Of a stretch of 64,000 nucleotides of DNA, positions 1-13,399 are shown piece after piece; position 1 is the first letter of the stretch, and every line of letters starts with the position of its first letter. The notes beneath the pieces were generated by a model that was not told the DNA's origin, did not search any database, and saw only the letters and a list, made by a program, of their open reading frames with translations. Origin of the DNA: Camelus dromedarius. Taxonomy: Eukaryota. Made by a program: the position numbers and the translations under genes. The stretch lies in the NCBI RefSeq assembly GCF_036321535.1, contig NC_087436.1, positions 33,854,001 to 33,918,000 of the forward strand. Direction: 5' to 3'.

Positions 1-263
1 AACATTTGGAAATGATTAGTGGACATAGCTGTTAGTCATTCTATTTATAGAAGGTCTAAGGTAAATTAGTTTAAAAGTTAGACTGTATTTCTACCCATCT
101 GGGAGAAAAATAGAACAAATTTTCTTTCTTAGGGATAAGAATATAAGATCTAAGTCTAAACTAGAGATATGAAGAATGAAAGTTATTATTACTTTCAAAA
201 ATAGATCTGTATTTATTATTTTATGTTGTATTGAATCACCAAGATACTAATTAACTACCTTTC

Positions 264-581
264 CCATTTAGTTATTTTTTTAACATTTTTTATTGATTTA
301 TAATCATTTTACAATGTTGTATCAAATTCCAATGTAGAGCACAATTTTTCAGTTAAACATGAACATATATATATTCATTGTCACCTTTTTTTCTCTGTGG
401 GCTATCATAAGATCTTGTATGTATTTCCCTGTGCCATACAGTATAATCTTGTTTATCTATTCTACAATTTTGAAATCCCAGTCTATCCCTTCCCACCCTC
501 CACCCCCTTGGCAACCACAAGTTTGTATTCTATGTCATGAGTCTATTTCTGTTTTGTATTTATGCTTTGTTCCATTTAGTT
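264..581 (-). mobile_element. Young 5'-truncated L1 3' end (camelid-type) with 10-bp TSD
   Basis: T-rich start followed by L1 3'UTR (ttttacaatgttgt..tatttccctgtgc.atacagta..ggcaaccacaagtttg). TSD ccatttagtt at 264-273 and 572-581. Confidence 0.85.
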
Positions 582-1899
582 TTAATCAATGGGCAAAGCC
601 ATTGTAAATAAACTACTGAGTTACCACTATTGATTTTCCAAAATTCTGCATCAGTAATATTAACAAGTAATAAAAGAAAGGAAAGCTGGAATATTCAGGT
701 CAAAATATTTACTTGAAATATCTTGAGAAACAGCTTAAAATATTCCTTCTCTACAAAGAATCTAATTTTTTGGAACAAAAAGATGAAAATGTATTTGTGA
801 TATAACAAGAATGATAAAAATCACAATTTATTTCATTACCCTGGAATTATCATTATCATTTCATAATTGGTTAGTTGTAGATATAGCTACTATTTGTGTA
901 AGAACAACATTTATATGAAAATCCACATGAAAATGTCTTCTTAAAGTTCATTTTTATTTCTTTTTGCTTGCTATATCTTGAAGAGAAGTGAAAATAAAAA
1001 TTCAATTGCTCATATACTTGAGATTATGCATAGTTCAGGTAAGACTTGGGAACTTTATACAGAAGTTTTTCTGCTTACCACCAACACGATCAATTTCATG
1101 AAATTGTGCAGGTTACTTATTACTTACTTAGATTCCCACCTATAATTGTTTTCATAATCTATGGAAAAAAAATTGCATGTGAGTAGTTGGTAAGCATTTA
1201 GAAAATGACATGGGTGAACTGTCCTTGTTTTACTCCTTCTAAATATTTTATAAATTTTATACACATCTACTAAAATATTTCATAAATTTTATCCATTTAG
1301 CATAAATATCATTTCACCTACTACTTTCTTTGCCAGTTTCTGTTTATATGACCTGCGGTGAAAATAGTCTGCATATGCAATTTTATACGCAGCTATTGTT
1401 TAAGAAAGCCTACATTCAAAAATAATAATCAGCCCATGTTCTTCAAAAACTGAAAGGTAGACCAAAAACCTCATATTTGTCAATTATGGAGTGATTAAAA
1501 AAAGCTGAGATCACCAATAACAACTACAGTTGTTTTACATTAAAATATTACAAGGCATGCTGAAAATTAAGATGACATTTAATAGGAATGGTTATATATT
1601 TTTATTCTTATGTTCAAACAGAGTACAATAGAAGTAGAGTAATATGAATTCATGTTTAAGAGATAGGTTTTCACTTGTCTACAAGGGTAAAAGAGAAAAA
1701 AATCAATAGTATAATGGGCTTTAAAGAAGAAAAACTATTGCCATACTTTGGTGGAAGCTTCCCAAGGACAGTTTTTTCCCCTATTGCTTTCCAATAAATC
1801 CATAGTGTTTATATAAATAAAAATATGCTTCAAACAATCCCCTTGTCATATTCTGTCAACAGAAAATATTTTAATTTTTGATCATCACACACTAACAAA

Positions 1900-3340
1900 C
1901 TGGACTGAGTATGACAGAGTAGACAGAGTTTCAAAGGAGCTGGAAACTTTTATACATGAAAAACAGCTGAAGACAAACAACTCATAATGCAACAATTAGA
2001 AAACAACCAACCAGATTTTAAAAATGGGCCAAAGACCAAATAGGAAGCACACCAAAGAAGATATACAGATGGCAAATAAGCATATGAAAAGATGTTCCAC
2101 ATCATATATCATTAAAGAAATGCAAATTAAAACAAGAATGAAATATCACTGTACACCTATTACAATGGCCAAAATCCAGAACACTGAAAACAGCAAATGC
2201 TGACAAGGTTGTAGAAAAATAGGAACTCTCATTCTTTGGTGGTAGGAATGCAAAATAATACAGTCACTTTGGAAGGCAGTTTTGATGCTTTCTTACAAAA
2301 CTAAACATACTACTACCATATGATCTAGCAACTGTGCTCCTTGGTATTTACCCAAAAGAGTTGAAAGCTTATGTTCACACAAAAACCTGCACATGGATGT
2401 TTATAGCAGCTTTAACCATAATTGTCCAAACTTGGAAGCAAGCAAGATGCCCTTCAGTAGGTGAATGGATAAATAAACTGTGGTATATCCAGACAATGGA
2501 ATATTATTCAGCACTCAAAATGAATGATCTATCAAGCTATGAAAAGACATGGAGAAAACAAATGAATGTTACTAAGTTAAAGAAACCAATCTGAAAATGC
2601 TAAGTACTGTATGATTCCAAGTATACGACGTTTTGGAAAAGGCAAAACAATGGAGACAAATAAAAGAACCAGTGGTTGTTAGGGGTGGGGAGCAAAGTTA
2701 ATACATGGATATAAAAAACAGAAGGGACAGTGAAACTGATCTATATAATCTATAATTGTGAATATATTTCATCACAAATTTGTCCCAACCCATAGAATGC
2801 ACAACACCAATGTGAATCCTCATGTAAAATATAGACTATGGGTGATAATGATGTGTCAGTATAGGTTCATCAGTTGTAACAAATGTACCACTTTGGTGGG
2901 GGATGTTGATAGTTGGGGGAGAATGTATGGGCAGTGGGTATACAGAAAATCTCTGTACCTTCTGCTTAATATTGCTGAGAACCTAAAACTGCTCTAAAAA
3001 AAAAAAAGCCTATTAAAAATATGCCTGAAGAAACTGGCTATATTTTACTTGGAATGGGAATAATTAGAAGGAGAATGATGACAGTTTTCAGATACTTTCA
3101 AAGGCTGTCACGAAGATTTTCCGATGCTGGTTACACTTTCTGATGCTCATAAGGTTACATTAGAGCAGAGGCAGACTATTTCAGAAAAGCCGATTTCCTA
3201 ACCAGGACAACTGTTTAAGAATTGACTGAATGGCTTTAAGAAGATGGACCAGCATCCTTCAAGAGTGAAAACGCTTACACTGTAAACCATTGGAGACATG
3301 AAATACCTGGATGGCCAATCCTCAGAAATGTTTGAGAAGG
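1900..3340 (+). mobile_element. L3/CR1 3' fragment split by an L1 insertion (pieces ~1900-1973 and ~3025-3340)
   Basis: ctggaaac..catgaaaaacagctgaaga | ctgaagaaactggctatatttt..gatgacagttttcagatactttcaaaggctgtca matches the recalled L3 consensus. Confidence 0.6.
1974..3020 (+). mobile_element. L1 3' end (L1MC1-like): ORF2 C-terminus + 3'UTR
   Basis: ORF 2334-2594 LLGIYPKELKAYVHTKTCTWMFIAAL is the L1 ORF2 C-terminus. The element ends actgctctaaaaaaa..ctattaaaaa. Confidence 0.9.
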
Positions 3341-6319
3341 GATTACTGATTTAACTGGGAACAAGGAATCTAAATAATTTCTTATCCTTCTTAACATTTT
3401 AAAACATATTTGTGATTCATAAATAACATAATAAAAACCCTCATTACTCTTTTTCATACAATTTCCTCTACTTTCAACATTTCAGTGTGAAATCATTAGA
3501 ATTATTAACAAGACATCAGTAATGCTGGCCAAAAGAGAAAATGCATTTGGAAAAGAAAATGTACAAAAAGTTGTATAGACTTTATGATGGAGTCAAATAT
3601 TTCCTCAAGAAGAAAATTATCTCGTTTTCCTTTCTATTTCCTGCCACTACTGAGTATTTACAACAGAAGCTCCTTCGGCAAATTGTTCTTTTGAGGGGAG
3701 TTTTGAGTGGACTTACTTTGACATTTACTACAGCATTGCTTCATTTTACATGCTTGAATTACGTAAGTCCTGGAGGTAAAAATAGCACATTAGACTTTTT
3801 GCATTCACTTTATTTAAGACTCAGTATCAGAAGTAGGTATCTCCTGCATAACTAAAAACAAAGATTTTTTTGTATATTCAGTTCAATCTTTCAAACAGAG
3901 GTGAAATAAACATGTAATTTTCCATGGGTTTGGCAACATTAATCTACTAATTTAAGCTTTAAAACCTAGAGATTATATTATTTGTAAAGTTGTTTATATA
4001 TACGTACAGATGCTCTCTTTAAAGATAATTTCAGAAAATTTAGAAGAAACAATTTGTTAAATTTTTATTGAAAATCTATTAGAATATTCAAGTTATAGAC
4101 ATCACACTAGATTCAAATGCCTCTTTTCTTTTATTGGCTAATGGTTTTAATTAAACGCATACTGTTCCTCATTTCATGTCATTATGTATTTTTGGTAGTC
4201 TGTATAATATAAAAAGTACAGTTGAATTCTTTGCTTATATTATTGTTTACAAGAACACTTCACATACTAAAGGGTATTTTAGTACATTTAAAGAAAAGTG
4301 GTCTAAATCTTTTCCAAATGTTGCAAACACAAAGTGATATTTATATTTTATGATTAAGTTAAAAAAACAATAGTAATGGATTTTGAGAGAGTAAGTTATT
4401 AACCAGAGCTAGCTATAAATTATTAACTACTTATTAATATATCTACCATAATTTTAAACTGAATATTAACCACAAATTTCAAACAAATCATATATTGTAA
4501 AATACTTTATGTGGACACAACTTAAGATTTAAACCTGCCAAAATGGAGATTTTTATTGAAACTTGAATAGAGATATTTAAATAAATATATGTTGGAGTGT
4601 TTGTGGTAAAAGCTGCAGGTAACCTCACTAAAGTAAGTATTGAAGTTTACTGGATTTTATCATAATCATCCTTTGGCATTGTGTAGCAGTGAATATGCCC
4701 CCTTATTACAGAGACTTACGTTACCTTTTGTGATTGCAGAACTCTGAATGGTCCCCATATTTTTTGATTCCCTGTGCCCTCTCTTCAGTGATGATTACAA
4801 GTTAATATTGGGCACACATACTTTTCCTAATTGTTTATAACATGTTTGATGTGTAAGCAGGGTACTTAGCCCTAGATCTGTACAACCTATTACTTCTCAT
4901 TACTCATCTTATTTATCAAATGTCATGATGCCAATGGAATATACTTAATCCAGTGCCTGGATGCAATTTCTAAACATACAGAAATAATTCTTAGTAATCA
5001 TCTGAATTTTTAAAGAATATTTTGGATAAATATGACACAGATGAAAAAAACCTACTAATATTTAATAGAAGTGAAATTGTTCAAATATTTTAGGGACAAA
5101 ATAGTGAGTTAAAAGCATATTAGATGATAAATTAAATTAGTCTTTGACACAGTGGTATTTATTCCAGCTATTATAGTCAATATAGGGAAATAACTCCTCT
5201 AACAATTACATGGATTTTTCTTTAGTTTCTGGAGTTTCAAAGAGATGTCAAAATAATTTCAAGTTGGTGTAGTAATTATTACAATCTTAAGGTGGAAAAG
5301 ACATGGACTATAGAAAGTACTGAGACTTCTAACTGTCCAACAGTTGGTTTTATACATCTGCATTTGAGTCTACAGCAAAGCAGCTTGTAAACAGATGTTG
5401 GTTATGATTAGTCTAATCTACTGGGAACCTTTTAACATCACAAGCTGAAACAAATATGAAGACAGCTATGCAGACGTTAATTAATCAGTTTTGAAAGCAT
5501 ATAAATAAGAATCCATACAAAGAAATAGTAGACCATTTGCAAACTCAGCTCAAATGATGATAAACTTGAGAAAAGCAGGCACAAACAGGTCCAGAACTTA
5601 AAATGATGAAGTAATAGAAAATACATTCATCAATGCACGGCTATGCTTTGGGAAAATTGACAGAAAAAAAAATACATGGCATCATTCTTTAAATAATATC
5701 ATCACCTGGGAGTCACATGGAATCTACATCTGCACCCAGTTGTCCTCCTTACTGTCCAAGTGAACAACAATCCACATCAGCTAACATGCTATCTACTGAT
5801 CTTGCATTTCTCTTGTCCACTGATCTCTAACTCTTTTCTCTTTGCCTTCCCTAAACTTTTTTTTTTTTTTTGAGTCTGGGGTGGGATGTAAATACTTCAT
5901 AGTTATGTATCAACTTTTTTTTCTTTCACTTACAGTAGTAAGTGTAACAACTAATAGTTAAACATTTTCAGTCATTTTTAAAGATTTTTACTGGCATGTT
6001 TTCCTCTAAGGATACGGGAGAATGGAAAGCTATTGAGACTCGAGTAAAGAAATTCAGTGAGTGTAGATGAAGGGAACCATAGCAAATATCTGAAGAACTG
6101 TACCATAACATAGGTTTACCATTCTAACAATTGCACCTACTTGAGACTGCTTCAGAAGATTCGCTTAGGCTTAGATTAAGCTTTATAAAATTCCTGGGTT
6201 GAGAATTATCTTGATCTAAAATGGCATTAGTCTGGGGACTATTTAGGCATGAGGAGGCTACTAACCTCTTGGTTCCTTACTTGTAAGTTGTGGAGGCTAC
6301 TGAATGGCATTGATTCTTA

Positions 6320-6600
6320 ATTCAATTCATATATATTAAGTGCAAATAGCGCATCACACATTACTTTCGATGCTAGAATATGGTGGTGAATTAAACCAAC
6401 TTCTTGTCCCCATGTAGCCTACAATCTAGTTGCAGAGACATAAATTATAAAATATATGGAAGTGATGTTCAGAAATATTATCTGCTATAATGAAAATTTT
6501 TAAAAACTAAGAACACAACAGATGCATTCTACTTTACATAGAACAACAAATAAAAAGCTCTCTAAAGAGATCTTACTTGAGTATAGATGTTAATTAACAT
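6320..6600 (-). mobile_element. L2 3' fragment
   Basis: attcatatatattaagtgc..ttgtccccatgtagcctacaatctagt is a typical L2 tail. Confidence 0.55.
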
Positions 6601-7049
6601 TAATCAGAAAATATAAAAAATATGTCGGCAAAAAGTATAGCCAACCCATAACCATTCTCTAGAGGTCTTAATTCTAGGGTAAGTGATGTGGTGAATCTGA
6701 AAAGTCATTGTCCTAAATGACACATTCTTAATGAAATCCAAGAGAGGTCTAAAACCATTCATTAATACACTCAAGGAGAGAGCCTTTTCATCTGATTTTA
6801 GTTCTGGAAAATAAAAACCTTGGAATTGGTCATTGTTTAGTTGACTACAACAGGGCAAAAATCTTCTAGCAGCAACTGAATAGAAATTTGCTAGGCTAGA
6901 AGTTGGTAAATATATGCCCCATGGTAGCATGCCCCAGGTTCACACACTTATTGAAAGCATTCTTCTATGTATCCACTGACTCCGTTCCCAGAAGTATCTG
7001 CTTCTGCTGATTATTGGCATATTGCTCATTACTGAACTGAAAAATCAGG

Positions 7050-7240
7050 TCAGTGCTTCCCAAACAGAGTGCAAACATCAACAGAATCTTATTAAAATGT
7101 GGGTTCTGATTCAGTTGGATTAAAATGTGGGTTCTGACTCAGTTGGTCTAAGACAGGGGCTGAGACTCTGCATTTCTAACAAACTGCCAGATGACAGCAA
7201 TGGTGCAGGTCCATGCAGCATCCTCTGCATAGCAAGGATC
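7050..7240. mobile_element. MER5A-like hAT-Charlie element with an internal 28-bp tandem duplication
   Basis: cagtgcttcccaaac..ttctgattcagttggtct..ctgcatttctaacaa..catagcaagg. Confidence 0.75.
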
Positions 7241-7337
7241 TAGGTGATGCGGAGCAGAGCTCATGCAGAGTCTCATAAATGAAGAGTGAGAAATAGGACA
7301 TAAGGTTCAGGTCTGCAGACAGTTCTGGATAGCTTGA

Positions 7338-7530
7338 TGTCTTCATCATTTTGGGCTACTACTATAACTAAGTACCACAGACTGTGTCGCACACAAACAA
7401 CAGAAATTTATTTCTTACACTTCTGGAGACTAGAAATCTGAAATAGGGGTACCAATATGATTGGGTTCTGATGAGAACCCTTACCCAGGTTGCAGACTGC
7501 TGACATTTTGTCTTACCCTCACATGGCTCT
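7338..7530 (-). mobile_element. MLT1A/B-like MaLR LTR fragment
   Basis: gggctactactataactaagtaccacagactg..aacaacagaaatttatttcttacacttctggag. Confidence 0.8.
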
Positions 7531-7539
7531 TACATATCC

Positions 7540-9515
7540 TGGAAACAACTGGCAAGTTCTATCTATAGTTAAGTATGTCCATCTTAACTACACACTCGGG
7601 AATTGGAACTTAATCACAGCGTGGACTGTGGGTCTGGTAGACTCACTGAATTGACTTCAACATGGACATGGCTCAGGAATCTATTTGTCATCTGACCACT
7701 GAATACTTCTGTTCTAACAAAGACATGTGATGGTGTTTTGACTCCCCTGGCACTAGTGTCAGTTTATGTGTCCAAGAGCCCTTGAAATATGTGTTTGCCT
7801 TTTGCCCCAGTTACTCAGGTAAATGCCAAAAGCCCTTTGGTGAAAGGATTTGGAAAATATGCATTTCCCATTACTCCTGCAAAGTCTTTCTCAAGTCGTC
7901 CTCATCTCCCTTTCAATCGATACCTTCTGGATTAGAAAATTGGTTCAGGTCTGGAAAGCGAGTGAGAGAGTAATTTTTCATTACTATGGCTGATATCATT
8001 CTTCCGCTTGCCACATCACAATCATTGTTTGTTATGTAATTCAAGCAATAACATCATTGGCTGTTATATTTAGCTTCATGAATGAACTATTAGTCATTAC
8101 CAGAGATCCTGGAAGATCAAGGTTCCTTAAGAACCATTCTCCCTTGCTGTCCATTATGGTAACTATGAAACCTTGCCTCTGATGCTTAAATGCTGCCATG
8201 TCGCTTCTGATTTTTCAAAATTATAGTATCTCTATTGATACTAGGTAGCCCAGATTAATTAGTCTTTCTTCTACCTATAATTTTGGCCTACAGTGGACAG
8301 CTACCATTGAGTTTCTTGATGATGTCAGTGTCCCGTTTTTCAACATTTTAGGGAAGGGAGAGTCTGTGTTCTCTTGGGAAGCATAACAGCTGCTGGTTAT
8401 CTAACCTTACATAATGAGCCCATTCTAGTATGCCCATCTTTCCTCAATATTTTACCAAAGATTTGCAACGTTGCTATCTCGTTAACCTTACACCATCTAT
8501 AGAGTTTCAGAAGGCATTGCTGGGGTGTATTTGGAGTAAATCCAGGCATCCTTGCCAGGATGCTAAATTCATGGGAGAATGCCACCATGTCAATAAACAT
8601 TCCCCTATCTGACCTTAACTCTGTCGCTGACCTGATCCAACAGTCTTTTAACATTTCACTTCTATGTGTGCTCTCCCAGTTCTTGTTTTAGTATATCTTA
8701 GCTGGGTTCTGCAATCCTTTTGGTAAATAATCACTTCTTCTCTAAAACAGAAATAGCACTTCATTTATCAGCTCATGCTGAGATCTGACTCTAGTTATTA
8801 CTCTAGAAGTGGTGGGGGGTGAAGGGGCACAAATGTCATCTTGTGGTGGATCTGCCTCAGATTAATCTTTTGTATAATCTCCAGAGAATGGGAAGCTGGT
8901 CCCCACTAGCAAGGACCATGAGAGATCTGGGGAATCTAGTTTTTTTAAGCACATTCATTCAAATGCTACCCTCCCTGCTCTCAGGGTCTCTCTATCCCTG
9001 CACAGTCCCTGACCTTAACTTAAGAGCTTGCTGAGGCTGTGAATTAATTTTCCATTGAAAATCATCCACCCTTAGGATCAGTCTTACTCCTGAGTTTTTG
9101 CATAGTCTGCCCTCCTCAATAAATGAGACGATAGTCTCTTAAAATGTTTCCATGAAGACTTTCTATCTTTCACAAAGTATCTGAGGTGAAGTTAGCTGAT
9201 CTGAGTGTCTTTCTCTTTCTTAATAGTTTCTACAGCACTTAACAAAAGCAGACCAACTGTACAATCCCTATAATTACATCCCCTTTTGAAAACAATAGTT
9301 TTCAAGAGCTTGTGCTTGCACTTCTATTTCTATATGTGTATCCTTCCAATCCACCATAGGTAATAATCTAAATATTACTGTGATAGTGCAGGATAACAAA
9401 AGTATCCCACTTACCATCTATATGATGATCCTCCTAGCCATCCCACTGACAAACAGTCTGATTTCAGAATTCTATTCTGAGGATATGATCTCTAGGTGCA
9501 TTGTAGATGCCTAAT
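7540..9515 (-). mobile_element. Decayed ERVL internal sequence (probably associated with the adjacent LTR16-like LTR)
   Basis: Higher-complexity, non-L1 sequence directly abutting the 3' end of the LTR16-like LTR, with only short broken ORFs. Confidence 0.45.
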
Positions 9516-9517
9516 GG

Positions 9518-9921
9518 CTTATGTTGGGTTACTCTGAAAAAAGAATCTTAAGTCAGAATCCAAAGTAGTTCATCTGGAAGGTAACACAGGAAGAACTAAC
9601 TGTTAGGGAGTAAGCAAAATGGGACACAGGAGGGGAGAAAGTCATAAAGGGTCTGTTAATGGATGGATTATACTTAATAGGTAACTGGGGCTTAATCACT
9701 AGAGCTCTCTTGGGAGACTACATGAAACGTGCCTCAGAAGTGTGCCAGCACTTGTCCCTAGTCAGTTGAGCATTGCTCCGCAGTGAGCCAAACAACATCT
9801 TATAGCCAAAGAACACCCTCATGCAGAGAGATGCAGCACAATTTCTGGGACTATGGTGATTGTAGGTTACCTCTGAACAGGCCAAGATGATATAGGTGAG
9901 GCATTGGCAGAATCTGCTTCA
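9518..9921 (-). mobile_element. LTR16-family (ERVL) LTR
   Basis: Reverse complement starts tgaagcagattctgccaatgcctcacctatatc. Contains aagtagttcatctggaaggtaacacaggaag..gtaactggggcttaatc..gcctcagaagt. Confidence 0.7.
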
Positions 9922-10339
9922 GTGATTTAGTAATTTTTTTTGGTAGTTTAATCCAATTCCCTTAATTAAATGATAGTTACTACATCATAGGATTCTAAAC
10001 AAGAGGTTGAGATATTTCATGTGGAATGTTTTACAAGATGTCGTAGACATAGAATGTATTTAATAAATGCTAGCTGTTATTATATTTTCTCCTCCATTCA
10101 TTGCTTACACAGTGACAAAACTTCCTGAATGTGCACCCTAAAGTTCTACTCTATGCCTTTCCTCAACTGAGACTTGAATTCTTGTCTAAATCTTACCTAT
10201 TATTTAAGTTCCAGCCAAATGCTCTTTTCTCAGTAAAAATTTCTATGTCCTCAACAGATTATGTTTTTTCCTCAGCCTTGAAGTATTAGTACTACTTTAG
10301 ACTCCTGCTTTTCTATTTTTTATGGCCATTTGGAGCAAT

Positions 10340-10343
<4 letters not shown>

Positions 10344-10384
<41 letters not shown>
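10344..10384. repeat. (CA)n microsatellite
   Basis: About 20 CA units. Confidence 0.98.
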
Positions 10385-10390
<6 letters not shown>

Positions 10391-10398
10391 CACATATA

Positions 10399-11288
10399 CA
10401 GTTGACCCTCGAACGCTGCAGAGGTCAGGGATACTGACCCCAGCACAGCTGAAAATTCACATATAACTTTTGACTCCCCAGAAACTTAACTACTAATAAC
10501 CTACTGTTGATGGGAAGCTTTACTGATAACATGAATAGTCCATTAACACATATCTTGTATGTTATATATTTTACATACTACATTCTTACAATAAAGTAAG
10601 CTAGAGAGAAGACAATGGTATTAAGGAAATCATAAGGAAGAGAAAGCTAATTTACAGTACTGTCCTGTATTTATTGATATCATAAATATACAACCTCTGT
10701 TTACAAGATGAATTGTCTGTCCATCAGTACCTATAATCAATATTGTCTTATATGATATGAAACACTGTAAATGTTATACATATGACTAACACTAGACATC
10801 AAATGAAAAGGTAACATGAAAAAGTAATCTATATTTGTTTACAGGTTTAGTGATTTATTGATAAGAAAATGCAGCAGCAATATGAGTGACTCATGGTAGC
10901 TTAGACTATATACTAATCATTATAAAAATTTTGTGGTATATGGTATTATAGTCATATTCACAATACATTTTTGGAAACATTGTTACATTTTTTTTTTAAA
11001 AAAAGTACCTGTGATGATAGGCTGATAGGCAGTTTCCCCAATTACAAGTAAGAGGCATACTATACAGTAATGTAATTCTTTGAAAGCTAAGTTATAAAAC
11101 ATTAAGGAAAGTAACACATTATTGATTTTATACTAAATATTATTCACCTTATGCTTATATAAGTCAGGCTATTCACTTCAAGTCTTGCACACAATGTTCT
11201 ACATGTATATTTTTGTATATTTATTGAAAAAAGTCCACATTTAAGTAGAACCACACAAGTCAAACCTGTGTTGTTCAAGGGTTATCTG
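10399..11288. mobile_element. Tigger2-family non-autonomous DNA transposon with both TIRs
   Basis: TIRs cagttgaccctcgaac ... gttcaagggttatctg. TA at the left flank. Internal tacaataaagtaagctagagagaag is typical of Tigger2. Confidence 0.9.
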
Positions 11289-12399
11289 TGTATAACTTCT
11301 AGATTTTAAAGCTTTTGAGAGTTAAATTTTCTTATTGCTTGTGTATCTCTCATAGTACAGAGCTTAATATTCTGACTTCAGTGGAAGTTCTGTAGTTATT
11401 ATCTCCTCTAATTAACTCTAGCATAACTCAAACTAAAACTTTAATTTCTGACTCAATTCAGTGCATTTTATATCACAAATACATGACTTCTTTGATAATA
11501 TCACAGTTATAGGTATAGGAGGTGAATATAATTGATTAAATTCTGTGGATGCAATGAGGTGGGATATGGATAAAATCTCTTAAACAGAATAGTAAAATCA
11601 TAAATATGCAGAAACATCTAGGAATAGTTCAAAAGCATATTGTAGATAAAGGGAAGATAAATCCAGCACAAGATTATTACTGCAGTTATTGCTCTTTGAA
11701 TGTTTTGAAGACTCATCAAGGAAAAGCTGTGGATATGGAAATATTATTCTAAATGATAAGGTAAAGAAGATATGGCTCTCATGATTTCACATGGGGTCAA
11801 ATGAGAACACTTCATGAATGACTCCACTGACAGAGATAATGATGGTTAGAAGAAAAAGTAATGAGGTGTTGAGAGGAAAGGAGAACAGATCAATACTTTT
11901 AATAGAGGTGAAGGAAATCATCTATGCAATGTCATAAACAGATGTTTATATAAAAATTAACTTTATTCCAAATAGCTCTTGCTTCCTTCTCATCTTTTTT
12001 TTACCATTGCCATTATGCAAATTAGCATCTAAGTTGCATCCCACATATATTGCAGAAAGTCTTCTACACGTCTTTTCTAGTTCTGGTTTCTTTCCTTTTT
12101 GGTACATCTTTAATTACCTTGAAGATGACTCCTGTATTAGGAACTATTTTATTAAATAATTTATTTCCACAAAATCTCCAAAATCTTCATGACATATAAC
12201 CACCTCTATCTGGGTTGGGGAGGGGTATGCCCCATTAGACTATGTTAAGAATACTTCATATTTCTATGACTTTCAAATTCTGTCTCCCTAGTTCTTTTTT
12301 CTGTCATACTTTTTACTCCCTTCCCTTTCTCCATCATAAATTCAGTCCTTCTCTATTCTCTCACTACTCTCCTCTGGTGATAAGGCAGTTACAACATTA

Positions 12400-12630
12400 G
12401 CAACGGCAGTGCATGTGTTGACTCTGGAATCCAGCTGCCTGACTTCCAGTCTCTACTGCACCATTTAATCAAGGGCAAGCTATTTAACCTTTGTCTCTCA
12501 GTTGTTTCAATGATAAGATGAGGATGCCAATAATACTTAACTCTTACAGTTGTTGAGAGTATTAGGTGAAAGAGGACATAGTAAGTCTGTGGCACAGAGT
12601 ATTTAACTAATAAAAGTTTCTTATTATCAC
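12400..12630 (+). mobile_element. MIR SINE
   Basis: gactctggaatccagctgcctg..gggcaagctatttaacctttgtctctcagtt..aataatac core. Confidence 0.8.
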
Positions 12631-13399
12631 TAAATTCATTGTTATTCTTCTCTGAAATATTTCATCATGAAAAATAGACACACATTGCTGTGATTGTTTG
12701 ATATGTTTAATACACTTTGTTCTTAAATTCCTAAGTATGTTATAGATCCTTGAGTACAGCTAAATGTATAAGTTTTGAATAAATAATTGTAGGCTACATA
12801 AAGTTGGACCTGAAGATGTGGACAGGGTTTTATTAAAGGATATTGTTGACGAGGATAACTAAAGGAAGTAATTAGAAAGTAATGAAAGTTGTTACAGTAA
12901 AATTTACCAAGGAACAGACATATTCCTGGCTAAACAATATGCAAAAAAAAAAAAAAAAAGCATTTTCATACCTTCTGAGTAGTGTTTCTTTGATTTATTT
13001 TTCCCATGGCACCTTTTCCAAGAAGTTAGAATATGAAGATGGAATAATTAAGAAGGTAAATGCAATATAAGACAGGAAAATTAGGGTCAAGTGAATTGAA
13101 TGCCAATTCTGTGTATTGTTTAAGTGTTCTACCTCCAATTCATATTGAAAAATGTAGAATGTAAGCTAACTGCTTTGAAGAATTATAAATGCAATCATAA
13201 CCTTTAACATTTTGTGGAAATGTCTTTAAATCTGTTTTTAACTTAGGTTTCAAAAAGTTTTTTAAATATTCATATCTTTAATTCATGCCTTTAAAAGACA
13301 AAACAATGTAGATGATTATATCTAACAAAGTAACACACTTGTCATGTAATATTTCAACTCTTAAATTTGAAAAAAAAATTATTTTAAATGTAGAAGAGT

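Noticed and set aside
3541..3855. 104-aa ATG ORF in unique DNA
   Set aside because: No recognisable homology or splice context; composition is typical of a chance AT-rich ORF
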